This document shows positions 55,840-64,000 of a DNA stretch of 64,000 nt, piece after piece. The stretch covers positions 1,127 to 65,126 of the forward strand of contig JAZNGZ010000062.1 of NCBI GenBank assembly GCA_045576735.1, in the 5' to 3' direction. The stretch comes from Muribaculaceae bacterium. Lineage in GTDB: Bacteria; Bacteroidota; Bacteroidia; Bacteroidales; Muribaculaceae. Below the pieces are notes generated by a model that saw only the letters and a list, made by a program, of their open reading frames with translations, was not told where the DNA came from and made no database searches. The translations under genes and the position numbers were made by a program. Within the stretch, counting starts at the first letter, position 1; each line of letters starts with the position of its first letter.

Positions 55840-56874
55840 ATGATAGAATTTGCTAATATACATAATATTTATTTGGTAGTTTTACTGCCTATATTAATCC
55901 TATTATATTGGTGGTCAAGAAAATCATATTCTTCACGCCTAAGAAAGTTTGGACAGATTAAAGTGTTACAACATTTAATGCCCGATAGTTCGAAGTATGT
56001 CCCAACTATTAAATTTAGTCTTTTACTAGTCTCTCTTTCATTGATTATAATTATATTATGTAGGCCATGCATAGATAAAAAAGAAGAAACAACAACCGGT
56101 TCGGGAAATGAAGTTTTTATTGTTCTTGATGTCTCAAATTCTATGTTGGCATCATCTTCAGATGATCCTAATGGAACCCCTCGGCTTGTAAAGGCAAAAA
56201 TGTTGTTAGAGCGGTTGATTAACACATTAAAAAATGATAGAGTAGGTATGATTGTTTTTGCCGGTAACGCCTATTTACAATTACCAATGACATCTGATCA
56301 TTTGTCTGCAAAACAATATCTTGATGTTATTTCTACAGAAATGGCTCCTACGCAAGGGACAGCTGTATCTGATGCTCTGACGCTTGCGATGAATTCATTT
56401 ACAGTTGATGATGATAAGCATAAAGCAATAATTCTTTTGACTGACTGTGAAGACCATGAAGGAGAAGCTGTTCAAGTTGCAGCAGAGGCAGCTAAACATT
56501 ATATACAAATAGATGTAATTGGATTAGGAACTTCAGAAGGTGTTCCCATTCCGATTAATAAAAATAATAATGAGTTCTTCAAAGATTTTAATGGTGAAAT
56601 CGTTAAAACATCTCTAAACGAGCAACTTGCAAAGGATATTGCTTCGGCAGGTGAAGGAATCTACGTAAATGGTAATTCCTCTTCAGCATTATCTGATATT
56701 ACCTCTCAATTAAACAATTTGTCTAAATCACAGTTGAAAATGATTAAATATAATGCGTCATCCGAATTATTTCCTATATTCGTCACTATAGCACTATTTT
56801 TGCTAATTTTAGATGTATTTATATTGGATAAAAAAATAGGTTGGTTACGGAATATTAAATTTTTCTCAAAATAA
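55840..56874 (+). CDS. batB: Aerotolerance protein BatB (TM-anchored vWA domain)
   Basis: TM helices, MIDAS motif FIVLDVSNSM, ILLTDCEDHEG and a C-terminal TM helix. Confidence 0.85.
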   Translation: MIEFANIHNIYLVVLLPILILLYWWSRKSYSSRLRKFGQIKVLQHLMPDSSKYVPTIKFSLLLVSLSLIIIILCRPCIDKKEETTTGSGNEVFIVLDVSNSMLASSSDDPNGTPRLVKAKMLLERLINTLKNDRVGMIVFAGNAYLQLPMTSDHLSAKQYLDVISTEMAPTQGTAVSDALTLAMNSFTVDDDKHKAIILLTDCEDHEGEAVQVAAEAAKHYIQIDVIGLGTSEGVPIPINKNNNEFFKDFNGEIVKTSLNEQLAKDIASAGEGIYVNGNSSSALSDITSQLNNLSKSQLKMIKYNASSELFPIFVTIALFLLILDVFILDKKIGWLRNIKFFSK

Positions 56875-56879
56875 CTTAT

Positions 56880-57641
56880 ATGAAATTTTATTATCTATTA
56901 TTTATAATTTTCTTTTTTGGATTAACTGCATATCCCTCAAATAATTCTAAGAAATTAATTTATGACGGGAACGAAGAATATGATAATTCAAATTACATTG
57001 AAGCAATTAATAAATATACTGAGGCGCTAAATTTAGAACCTTCGTCAGAAATTGCTCAATTTAATCTAGCAACTGCATTAGTTGTATTGGGGACTGAAAC
57101 TAATGATACCGTTAAGATTAATCTAGCTGAAGATAAATTTCAAAGTTTAGTTCGCTCAAATTCAAAGTCAATTTCTAAAAAGTCAAATTTTGATTTGGGT
57201 AATATTGCATATAATAAACGTGATTATCAGTCTAGCATAGAATATTACAAAAAGGTTTTACGTATAGATCCTTCTGATGATTTGGCTCGTAAGTATTTAA
57301 GAATGGCTCAACTTAAACTTAAATCAAATCAAAGTGAAAAAAATAAAGATGACAAGAAAGAAAATGATGAAAAACAACAAGAAAATAAAGATGACAATAA
57401 CGAAAATAAAGAAAAGCAACAAAATGATAACAATCAACATGATAAATCGGATAAGCAAGACCAACAGCAACAAAATGAGAGTCAGCAACAATCAACCCCC
57501 AATCAATTAAACTCAGAAAATCTATTGAAATCAATTGAAGAAAAAGAGCAGCAAACTCTTATGAAATTAAATGAACGTAAAAATGAGGCTATTAGACGAG
57601 AGCATGAAGCTGGACGAGCTAACACAGATAAACCGTGGTAG
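56880..57641 (+). CDS. batC: TPR protein BatC with a Q/N/D/K-rich low-complexity tail
   Basis: Signal/TM segment, TPR units (YIEAINKYTEALNLEP..., YQSSIEYYKKVLRIDP) and then KDDKKENDEKQQENKDDNNENKEKQQNDNNQHDKSDKQDQQQQNESQQQ. Confidence 0.75.
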   Translation: MKFYYLLFIIFFFGLTAYPSNNSKKLIYDGNEEYDNSNYIEAINKYTEALNLEPSSEIAQFNLATALVVLGTETNDTVKINLAEDKFQSLVRSNSKSISKKSNFDLGNIAYNKRDYQSSIEYYKKVLRIDPSDDLARKYLRMAQLKLKSNQSEKNKDDKKENDEKQQENKDDNNENKEKQQNDNNQHDKSDKQDQQQQNESQQQSTPNQLNSENLLKSIEEKEQQTLMKLNERKNEAIRREHEAGRANTDKPW

Positions 57642-57644
57642 AAT

Positions 57645-59429
57645 ATGAAAATTGATAAACGACTATATATACTATTATTATGTGCGCTGAGTTTTTTTAT
57701 AGCTAATGCTGCTGTGACATTTAAAGCTCAGCAGCCAGGCACTATTATAGAAGGCGATAGGTTTCAAATTACCTTTACTCTTGAAGGTGCTCAAGGAGAA
57801 AATTTTAATGGACCTCAGTTGAATAATTGTGAGCTTTTATCGGACCATAATGTTTCTTCATCTACATCGGTGACTATAATTAATGGGAAACGAACTGATT
57901 CATATCGTTATGATTATATTTGTGTATATCACGCAAAAAATGCTGGAAAAGTAAATGTTCCATCAGTGTCAATAACTGTTAATGGTAAACAATACAAATC
58001 TCAGCCATTTTCGTTTGAAATACATAAAAATACAGGCGCTCCTAATCAACATATTAATCAAAACACACAATCATATGATGAAATAGATGCCTCTCCTAAA
58101 TCCATTTCTGAAGCAAAATCAAAAACATTCATGAAAGTCATCTTATCAAAAAATAGTGTTTATGAACAAGAGCCAATTGAGTGTAAATTTAAATTATATA
58201 CCCAAAATAAAGTTCAAGGGGTCTCTCCTGCTACATTGACTCTTAATGATTTTTTAATTGAAGAACTTCCTATTAAATTAGATAAGGTTGATGTTGAGGA
58301 GTTTAATGGACAAAGATATAATACAGTAGAATTAAAGCGCTTAATCTTATATCCTCAGAAAAGCGGTTCTCTTAAAATAGAAACGGGTGATTATACTGCA
58401 ACAGTTACTATCCCTCAAGTAGTAAATATGATGGGGATGCAATATATACAACATCAACCCTTTCCAATTAAAATCTCTGATGATATATCGTTAGAGGTAT
58501 TACCACTCCCCTCGCCTCGTCCGACAAATTTTAGCGGAGCTGTTGGGAACTTTAGCATAAATTCAAATGTTTCATCCTCATCATTAAGGACAAATGAAAC
58601 TGCTACATATGCTTTTACCATTATAGGAAGCGGAAATATTAAATATATAAAAGAACCTTCGATTAAATTTCCAAGTGAATTTGAATTATATGCTCCCAAA
58701 TCTAATGCAGATGTAGAGTGTATTAATGGACAAATAGAAGGAACAGTTACGTTTGATTATTCTTTTATGCCATTAAGTGTGGGTAAATATCAAATTCCTG
58801 CTCATGAATTCATTTATTTCGACCCTGATAAAAAAGAATATATTACATTAACAACTTCGCCAACTAATATAATTGTTAATAAAGGAGTTGCGTCTGTATC
58901 AAATGATGATGCTAAAAAAAGAAATGACATTAATGATTTAAAATTAGGAGATAAAGGCTTATCCAAAAATCCTTCTATTATAGTATGTACATTATGGTAT
59001 TGGCTTATATATGTTTTTATAATAGTAATATTTATAAGCTTCTTATTATTTATTAAAAAGAAACCTAATCAAAAATCTAATATGAAATTGGCAAAAGCTA
59101 ATAAAATTGCAATGAAAAGGCTTAAGTTAGCTAATGAATATATGTTGTCAAATAAAGAACAACAATTTTATGAAGAAATAATAAATGCCCTATGGGGATA
59201 TTTAAGTGATAAGTTAGCAATACCTACTTCTCAATTAATACGTGATAATATTAAGTCAGAACTGTCAAAATATGGAGCAGATGAATCTTTATGTGAGGAG
59301 GTTATAGATATTCTTAATCTGTGCGATATGGCTATATATGCTCCTCAATCTGCGACTGTGCAAACTAAAGTAGTATATAATAGAACGATTGATATTATAA
59401 ATAAAATTGAATCAATTAAACGTAAATAG
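57645..59429 (+). CDS. batD: BatD (oxygen-tolerance) family protein
   Basis: 594 aa with a signal peptide, repeated beta-sandwich-like domains, a late TM helix (LWYWLIYVFIIVIFISFLLF) and a cytoplasmic tail. It lies after batC. Confidence 0.8.
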   Translation: MKIDKRLYILLLCALSFFIANAAVTFKAQQPGTIIEGDRFQITFTLEGAQGENFNGPQLNNCELLSDHNVSSSTSVTIINGKRTDSYRYDYICVYHAKNAGKVNVPSVSITVNGKQYKSQPFSFEIHKNTGAPNQHINQNTQSYDEIDASPKSISEAKSKTFMKVILSKNSVYEQEPIECKFKLYTQNKVQGVSPATLTLNDFLIEELPIKLDKVDVEEFNGQRYNTVELKRLILYPQKSGSLKIETGDYTATVTIPQVVNMMGMQYIQHQPFPIKISDDISLEVLPLPSPRPTNFSGAVGNFSINSNVSSSSLRTNETATYAFTIIGSGNIKYIKEPSIKFPSEFELYAPKSNADVECINGQIEGTVTFDYSFMPLSVGKYQIPAHEFIYFDPDKKEYITLTTSPTNIIVNKGVASVSNDDAKKRNDINDLKLGDKGLSKNPSIIVCTLWYWLIYVFIIVIFISFLLFIKKKPNQKSNMKLAKANKIAMKRLKLANEYMLSNKEQQFYEEIINALWGYLSDKLAIPTSQLIRDNIKSELSKYGADESLCEEVIDILNLCDMAIYAPQSATVQTKVVYNRTIDIINKIESIKRK

Positions 59430-59438
59430 TATTTTATA

Positions 59439-60215
59439 ATGAAAAAAATAATAATATTATATATCTTCTCTTTGATTTCTATTGTTGGAGTTTATAGTCA
59501 ATCGTTGGTAGAACAAGGAGATTCGGCATATCTAAAAAAAGAGTATCACTTTGCTGTAAAATATTATGAAGATGCCATTGCTAAAGATGGTGTTTCAGCT
59601 GAGTTATATTATAATTTAGGTAATGCTTACTATAAATCAAATAATCTTGCTAAAGCAATACTTAATTACGAACGAGCTTTAAAACTTAAAGCGAATTACA
59701 CTGATGCCAAAGAGAATTTAGATTTTATAAGGACGAAAATTGGAGCGAATAATGTTTCTAATAGTTCCTCATCTAGTGTTTCTTTTGATTTTATAATCAA
59801 TTTGATGAGTGCTAATGGTTGGGGATGGTTGGCATTATCGTTATTTATTCTGGCCATCATTTTATATGGAATATACTTCTATTTTAAAGAAATTAGAATT
59901 CGAAAAATTGGATTCTTTGGTGGTGGTGCTATATCATTGTTGTTTGTCGGCACTATCATTATTGCGATTATTAGCGCAAATCGTTCTCTAAGCACAAACA
60001 AAGCAATTATTATGGTTGATAATACAATCTTAAGTACAAAACCACATACTCCTTCTAACCAATCAGAGGAATTAGGAGTAATTAATCCTGGAGAGAAGGT
60101 TATAATAGTAGATTCTATAACAACTCCTAATGATTCCTTAACAAATTTATGGTACAATATTAAATATAATTCCTCAAATGCATGGGTGAGGTCAAATAAC
60201 CTTGAAAAGATTTAA
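59439..60215 (+). CDS. batE: BatE (TPR plus TM plus SH3-like domain)
   Basis: TPR units (LYYNLGNAYYKSNNLAKAILNYERALKLKANY), two TM helices and a C-terminal SH3b-like segment ending NAWVRSNNLEKI. Confidence 0.75.
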   Translation: MKKIIILYIFSLISIVGVYSQSLVEQGDSAYLKKEYHFAVKYYEDAIAKDGVSAELYYNLGNAYYKSNNLAKAILNYERALKLKANYTDAKENLDFIRTKIGANNVSNSSSSSVSFDFIINLMSANGWGWLALSLFILAIILYGIYFYFKEIRIRKIGFFGGGAISLLFVGTIIIAIISANRSLSTNKAIIMVDNTILSTKPHTPSNQSEELGVINPGEKVIIVDSITTPNDSLTNLWYNIKYNSSNAWVRSNNLEKI

Positions 60216-60405
60216 TTATTCATGAGTTTGTTAAATATTTGACTTTCTGATGAGTTTAATGTTAATATTGTAACATTTTGCTATATATGTTGTAAAACAC
60301 ATTGCATTTTTTATTAAAAAATTTGGCTATTTCAAAATATAGCGCTAAATTTATCACGACATAAAACAAATAAATGAATTATTAACATTAAAATTTAATA
60401 TCATT

Positions 60406-60663
60406 ATGACTAAAACAATTTCATTTAACGATCTTCGTCGCATCAAAGACAGTTTACCCGATGGTTCAATCCACAAAATTGCTGACAAATTAAACTTAAC
60501 CGTACAAACTGTTAGAAATTATTTTGGTGGTACTAACTACGAATTTGGTAAAAATTGTGGTGTGCATATTGAACCCGGGCCCAATGGAGGTATAGTTGTC
60601 CTTGATGACACAACAATATATGACATGGCAATTGAAATTTTGCAAGAGCAAGAAAAAGAATAA
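60406..60663 (+). CDS. Small hypothetical protein with a possible helix-turn-helix (85 aa)
   Basis: IHKIADKLNLTVQTVRNYF looks HTH-like. It is an ATG-started ORF 20 nt upstream of the USP gene. Confidence 0.5.
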   Translation: MTKTISFNDLRRIKDSLPDGSIHKIADKLNLTVQTVRNYFGGTNYEFGKNCGVHIEPGPNGGIVVLDDTTIYDMAIEILQEQEKE

Positions 60664-60683
60664 TAAAAAACGGTTCTTGAAAA

Positions 60684-61793
60684 ATGAACGTTGACCGTAT
60701 GATAACATTAGCCATTCATACCTATGAAAAGGCTGTTGCGCTTAAAATGACACTTGAAGGCGAAGGTGTTTCTGCGGTTATAAGTAATGTTAATTTGTCA
60801 AATCCGGCAATATCATCAGGTGTAAGGGTTCGAATCTATGAAAAAGATTTACCATTGGCATTGCGTATTGTAGAAAACCCTGAAATTTTTAGTTCTTCAG
60901 AGGGCTCTCAGTTGTCAAAGCCATCAATATTAGTACCTGTTGATTTTTCTGACTATTCATATAGGGCATGCTTAATTGCATTTAGTTTGGCTAAATTACA
61001 TAAAGCAAAGATTTCATTAATTCATTCTTATATTTATGCTCATACCATCGATAAATTTAGGCAGATGGGGAGCCAAGATATTTCGATTAAGGAGTTGAAT
61101 GAAAAGATTGAGAAGAATGCTTATGACGAAATGTCTCATTTTTCAGATAAAATTAAAGAGCAAATTAAACTAGGTGTTATTCCGGCAGTAAAATTTGATA
61201 CTTCTATTGTAGAAGGAGTGCCGGAAGATTCTATTGGAGAAAAAGCAAAATCGCTTAAGCCTCAAATTATAGTAATGGGGACGCGTGGTTCGGGAAAAAA
61301 AGAAAAAGAGCTTATAGGTAGTGTTACCTGCGAAGTGTTGGATTCTTGTCATTTTCCCGTCTTTGCTGTTCCGGAATCAGCTAATATCTTTGAAATAAAC
61401 GAACTGAGACACATATTATTTTTCTGCAATAACGAACATGAAGACATTGTAGCACTTGATACCCTATATAGACTTTTCCCCGATTTGTCATTAAATGTTA
61501 CTATAGCAAACATACCACACAAGTCTATTACTATAATTGATTCATTCGTGTCAACCGAAAATGACTTAATTTCATATTGTAAGGAAAATTATCCAAGATT
61601 TAATTTTAATCTACGTTCGATACCTCTTGATAATATTAATGCTGAATTTGCTAATATCGAAACTTATCAGCAGATTGATTTAATAGTAGTGCCGAATAAG
61701 AAAAAGAATGTGTTTTCTAGGTTTTTCAATCCTAGCTTGGCTCATAAGATATTGTTACATGCCGATATTCCAATGATGACAATCCCAGTTTAA
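60684..61793 (+). CDS. Universal stress protein with tandem USP domains and a DUF2007-like N-terminal domain
   Basis: An N-terminal segment of about 70 aa resembles the putative signal-transducing DUF2007 fold. Two USP-like alpha/beta domains follow, the first with VMGTRGSGKKEKELIGSV. Confidence 0.75.
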   Translation: MNVDRMITLAIHTYEKAVALKMTLEGEGVSAVISNVNLSNPAISSGVRVRIYEKDLPLALRIVENPEIFSSSEGSQLSKPSILVPVDFSDYSYRACLIAFSLAKLHKAKISLIHSYIYAHTIDKFRQMGSQDISIKELNEKIEKNAYDEMSHFSDKIKEQIKLGVIPAVKFDTSIVEGVPEDSIGEKAKSLKPQIIVMGTRGSGKKEKELIGSVTCEVLDSCHFPVFAVPESANIFEINELRHILFFCNNEHEDIVALDTLYRLFPDLSLNVTIANIPHKSITIIDSFVSTENDLISYCKENYPRFNFNLRSIPLDNINAEFANIETYQQIDLIVVPNKKKNVFSRFFNPSLAHKILLHADIPMMTIPV

Positions 61794-61803
61794 CCTATAA
61801 GTA

Positions 61804-61843
61804 AAATAGAGTGGCAATGAATAGAACAATTGCCACTCTATTT
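61804..61843 (+). terminator. Hairpin terminator after the USP gene
   Basis: AAATAGAGTGGCAAT (61804-61818) pairs with ATTGCCACTCTATTT (61829-61843). The U-tract is partly within the stem. Confidence 0.65.
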
Positions 61844-61891
61844 GTATCATTTCTTTAACATCTAATACTTTTTACTTTGGGTTATTGTCGC

Positions 61892-61899
61892 TATCTTTG
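61892..61899 (+). promoter_or_regulatory. -7 box TAtcTTTG upstream of uvrB
   Basis: Exact match 19 nt before the ATG at 61918. Confidence 0.45.
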
Positions 61900-61917
61900 T
61901 ATATAAATATTTTTGAC

Positions 61918-63975
61918 ATGAAATTTGAATTAGCTTCAATATACAAACCCACTGGAGATCAACCTCAAGCTATTGACCAATTAGTTGAGGGAATTAATTC
62001 AGGAACAAAGGCACAAACATTGCTAGGTGTAACAGGGTCGGGGAAGACATTTACAATGGCAAATGTTATAGAACGAGTTCAACGGCCTACTCTAATATTA
62101 AGCCATAATAAAACTCTTGCTGCACAATTATATAGTGAGTTTAAATCATTTTTTCCTAATAATTCGGTACAGTATTTTGTGTCGTATTATGATTATTATC
62201 AGCCTGAAGCCTATATCCCTTCGGTTGATAAATATATTGAAAAAGATTTGATGATTAATGATGAAATCGACAAACTTCGATTAGCAACGACTTCTGCGTT
62301 GCTATCGGGAAGAAATGATGTGATTGTTGTTTCATCAGTATCATGTATCTATGGAATTGGTAATCCTGAAGACTTTCATAGTAACGTTATAGAGGTAAAA
62401 GTAGGACAAAAAATTGCTCGTAATGCTTTTTTACGTCAATTGGTTGATGCCTTATATAGTCGCAATGAAGTGGAGTTGTCACGTGGTACATTTAGGGTAA
62501 AAGGTGATACGGTTGATATTAGATTGGCATATGAAGAAATAGTGTTGCGTATATCATTTTGGGGAGATGAAATTGAAGCAATATCCACTGTTCATCCCGA
62601 AGATGGAGTATCCTTAGGCTCTCATGATAGATTTAAAATTTACCCTGCCAATATTTTTGTCACTTCGAGAGAACGCCAAGCTTCTGCTATTGCTCAAATT
62701 CAACTAGACTTGGGGCAACAAGTAGATTTTTTTTATAAGGAGGCTCGTCCTATTGAAGCTAAGCGATTAAATGAGCGTGTGACATATGATGTAGAAATGA
62801 TTAAAGAAGTTGGTCACTGTTCAGGAATTGAGAATTATAGTAGATACTTTGATGGACGTAACCCGGGTTCTCGTCCGTTTTGTTTATTGGATTATTTCCC
62901 AGATAATTTTTTGACGATTATAGATGAAAGTCACGTCACTGTGCCTCAAATCAGGGCCATGTATGGAGGTGATTTATCCAGAAAAATGAATTTAGTAGAA
63001 TATGGGTTTAGACTTCCTGCTGCATTAGACAATCGTCCGTTAAAATTTGATGAATTTGAATCGTTAACAAAACAAATAATTTATGTAAGTGCGACTCCAG
63101 CTGATTACGAATTAGAGAAAAGCGAGGGAGTTGTAGTAGAACAAATAATTCGTCCTACAGGACTTCTTGATCCGGTAATTGAGGTAAGGCCTTCTATAAA
63201 TCAAATTGACGATTTGATAGATGAGATTCAAGACAGAGCTGATAAAGATGAACGCGTACTAGTAACAACTCTTACTAAACGAATGGCCGAAGAGTTAAAT
63301 GATTACCTTCAGAAGTTGCGTATACGTTGTGCATATATTCATAGTGATGTAGATACACTTGATAGAATCCAGATTCTTGATGATTTGCGTGCAGGTATAT
63401 ACGATGTCCTTATTGGCGTTAATTTGCTCAGAGAGGGACTTGATTTACCAGAAGTGTCATTGGTTGCAATCCTTGACGCAGATAAAGAGGGTTTTTTAAG
63501 GTCGCATCGTTCTTTAACGCAAACAGTTGGACGAGCAGCTCGCAATTTAAATGGTATGGTAATAATGTATGCCGATAAGATTACCGATAGCATGCAGCAG
63601 ACTATTGATGAAACTAATCGTCGGAGAATGTTGCAGCTTGAATATAATGAAAAAAATGGTATAACCCCACAAGCAATCATTAAAGCAAGAAATCGCATTA
63701 TTGGATTAGACAAAGACAAAGATTTTGAACCTATTCCGAAAGGTCAAAAACCTGAACCGCTAATGTATGAGTCAGAGTATACACATCAGGTTAATATTGC
63801 TGCTGACCCAATAATTTCATATATGAATTGTGAGTCGCTACAACACACTATAACTCAACTAAGAACACAAATGATTGAGGCGGCAAAACAAATGGAATTT
63901 ATTGAAGCAGCTCGATTGCGTGATGAAATTATTAAATTAGAGAATAGACTTCAAATACTTAAAAATGAAGAATAG
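61918..63975 (+). CDS. uvrB: Excinuclease ABC subunit B
   Basis: Walker A GVTGSGKTFT, helicase motifs and a C-terminal UVR domain (MEFIEAARLRDEI). The ATG at 61918 (MKFELAS...) is preferred because the ORF-track start lies upstream of the -7 box at 61892-61899. Confidence 0.95.
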   Translation: MKFELASIYKPTGDQPQAIDQLVEGINSGTKAQTLLGVTGSGKTFTMANVIERVQRPTLILSHNKTLAAQLYSEFKSFFPNNSVQYFVSYYDYYQPEAYIPSVDKYIEKDLMINDEIDKLRLATTSALLSGRNDVIVVSSVSCIYGIGNPEDFHSNVIEVKVGQKIARNAFLRQLVDALYSRNEVELSRGTFRVKGDTVDIRLAYEEIVLRISFWGDEIEAISTVHPEDGVSLGSHDRFKIYPANIFVTSRERQASAIAQIQLDLGQQVDFFYKEARPIEAKRLNERVTYDVEMIKEVGHCSGIENYSRYFDGRNPGSRPFCLLDYFPDNFLTIIDESHVTVPQIRAMYGGDLSRKMNLVEYGFRLPAALDNRPLKFDEFESLTKQIIYVSATPADYELEKSEGVVVEQIIRPTGLLDPVIEVRPSINQIDDLIDEIQDRADKDERVLVTTLTKRMAEELNDYLQKLRIRCAYIHSDVDTLDRIQILDDLRAGIYDVLIGVNLLREGLDLPEVSLVAILDADKEGFLRSHRSLTQTVGRAARNLNGMVIMYADKITDSMQQTIDETNRRRMLQLEYNEKNGITPQAIIKARNRIIGLDKDKDFEPIPKGQKPEPLMYESEYTHQVNIAADPIISYMNCESLQHTITQLRTQMIEAAKQMEFIEAARLRDEIIKLENRLQILKNEE

Positions 63976-64000
63976 ATACTCCAACATACACCAAAATAGC

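Noticed and set aside
60247-60254. CTGATGAG, the hammerhead ribozyme core motif, followed by a hairpin (AATGTTA...TAACATT)
   Set aside because: The required GAAA core element and stem III with its cleavage-site context do not follow the hairpin. An isolated 8-mer match in AT-rich DNA is not meaningful.
60826-60836. GGGTTCGAATC, which resembles a tRNA T-arm
   Set aside because: It lies inside the USP coding frame (…GVRVRIYEK…). No acceptor, D or anticodon arms can be drawn around it.
1-64000. A search by eye for mobile elements, defence systems, CRISPR arrays, and rRNA or tRNA genes
   Set aside because: I recognised no integrase, transposase, recombinase, reverse transcriptase, restriction or toxin-antitoxin-type proteins in the ORF set. 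No intergenic gap has tRNA or rRNA hallmarks. The window reads as conserved core chromosome, apart from the LRR locus and the MBOAT/SGNH insert.

Overview
This window is an AT-rich, densely packed chromosomal segment that looks like core genome of a Bacteroidales (Bacteroidota) bacterium. The lineage call is an inference from four things: the moxR-DUF58-batABCDE aerotolerance operon, a type IX secretion C-terminal sorting domain, TAnnTTTG -7 promoter boxes in front of many genes, and a thrA / PGM-like / thrC threonine operon.

I support about 57 protein genes, read left to right:
- Plus strand, 2-5858: thrA (5' end outside the window), a PGM-like probable homoserine kinase, thrC, a small hypothetical, an acyltransferase and a nitrilase-family amidohydrolase.
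- Minus strand, 5844-16715: coaE, a ybbR-like gene, yajC, nusB, then thiL, a purine nucleoside phosphorylase, lpxK and sppA, then a DUF5686 outer-membrane protein.
- 16824-25630: a CYTH protein, rlmD, a 1100-aa BspA-like leucine-rich-repeat surface protein with a T9SS sorting domain, and ppdK.
- 26098-26796: a Crp/Fnr regulator.
- Minus strand, 26793-39045: a 10-gene array, ftsY-rimO-menF-[SGNH-SGNH-MBOAT]-menD-menB-menC-menE.
- 39219-50317: rsmI, PBP4, TetR plus a KAS III plus fabG, DUF4290, rimM, an OmpA-like protein, proS, and a GT2 glycosyltransferase followed by umuD and umuC.
- 50409-63975: an HU pair, the eight-gene Bat cluster, a small HTH-like protein, a tandem universal stress protein and uvrB.

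By eye I found no rRNA, tRNA, CRISPR array, integrase or transposase.

The items most worth a second look are:
1. An MBOAT plus two Ape1-like SGNH genes sit between menF and menD inside the menaquinone operon.
2. A promoter-to-terminator unit at 25711-25989 (minus strand) folds into a closed 175-nt domain and looks like an unannotated structured sRNA.
3. The 692-bp divergent region between the LRR gene and ppdK contains a GC-rich, hairpin-dense 330-bp element, a 103-nt cytosine-free tract, and a 15-bp inverted repeat with inverton-like geometry.

All function calls come from reading motifs in the supplied translations. No database search was run.
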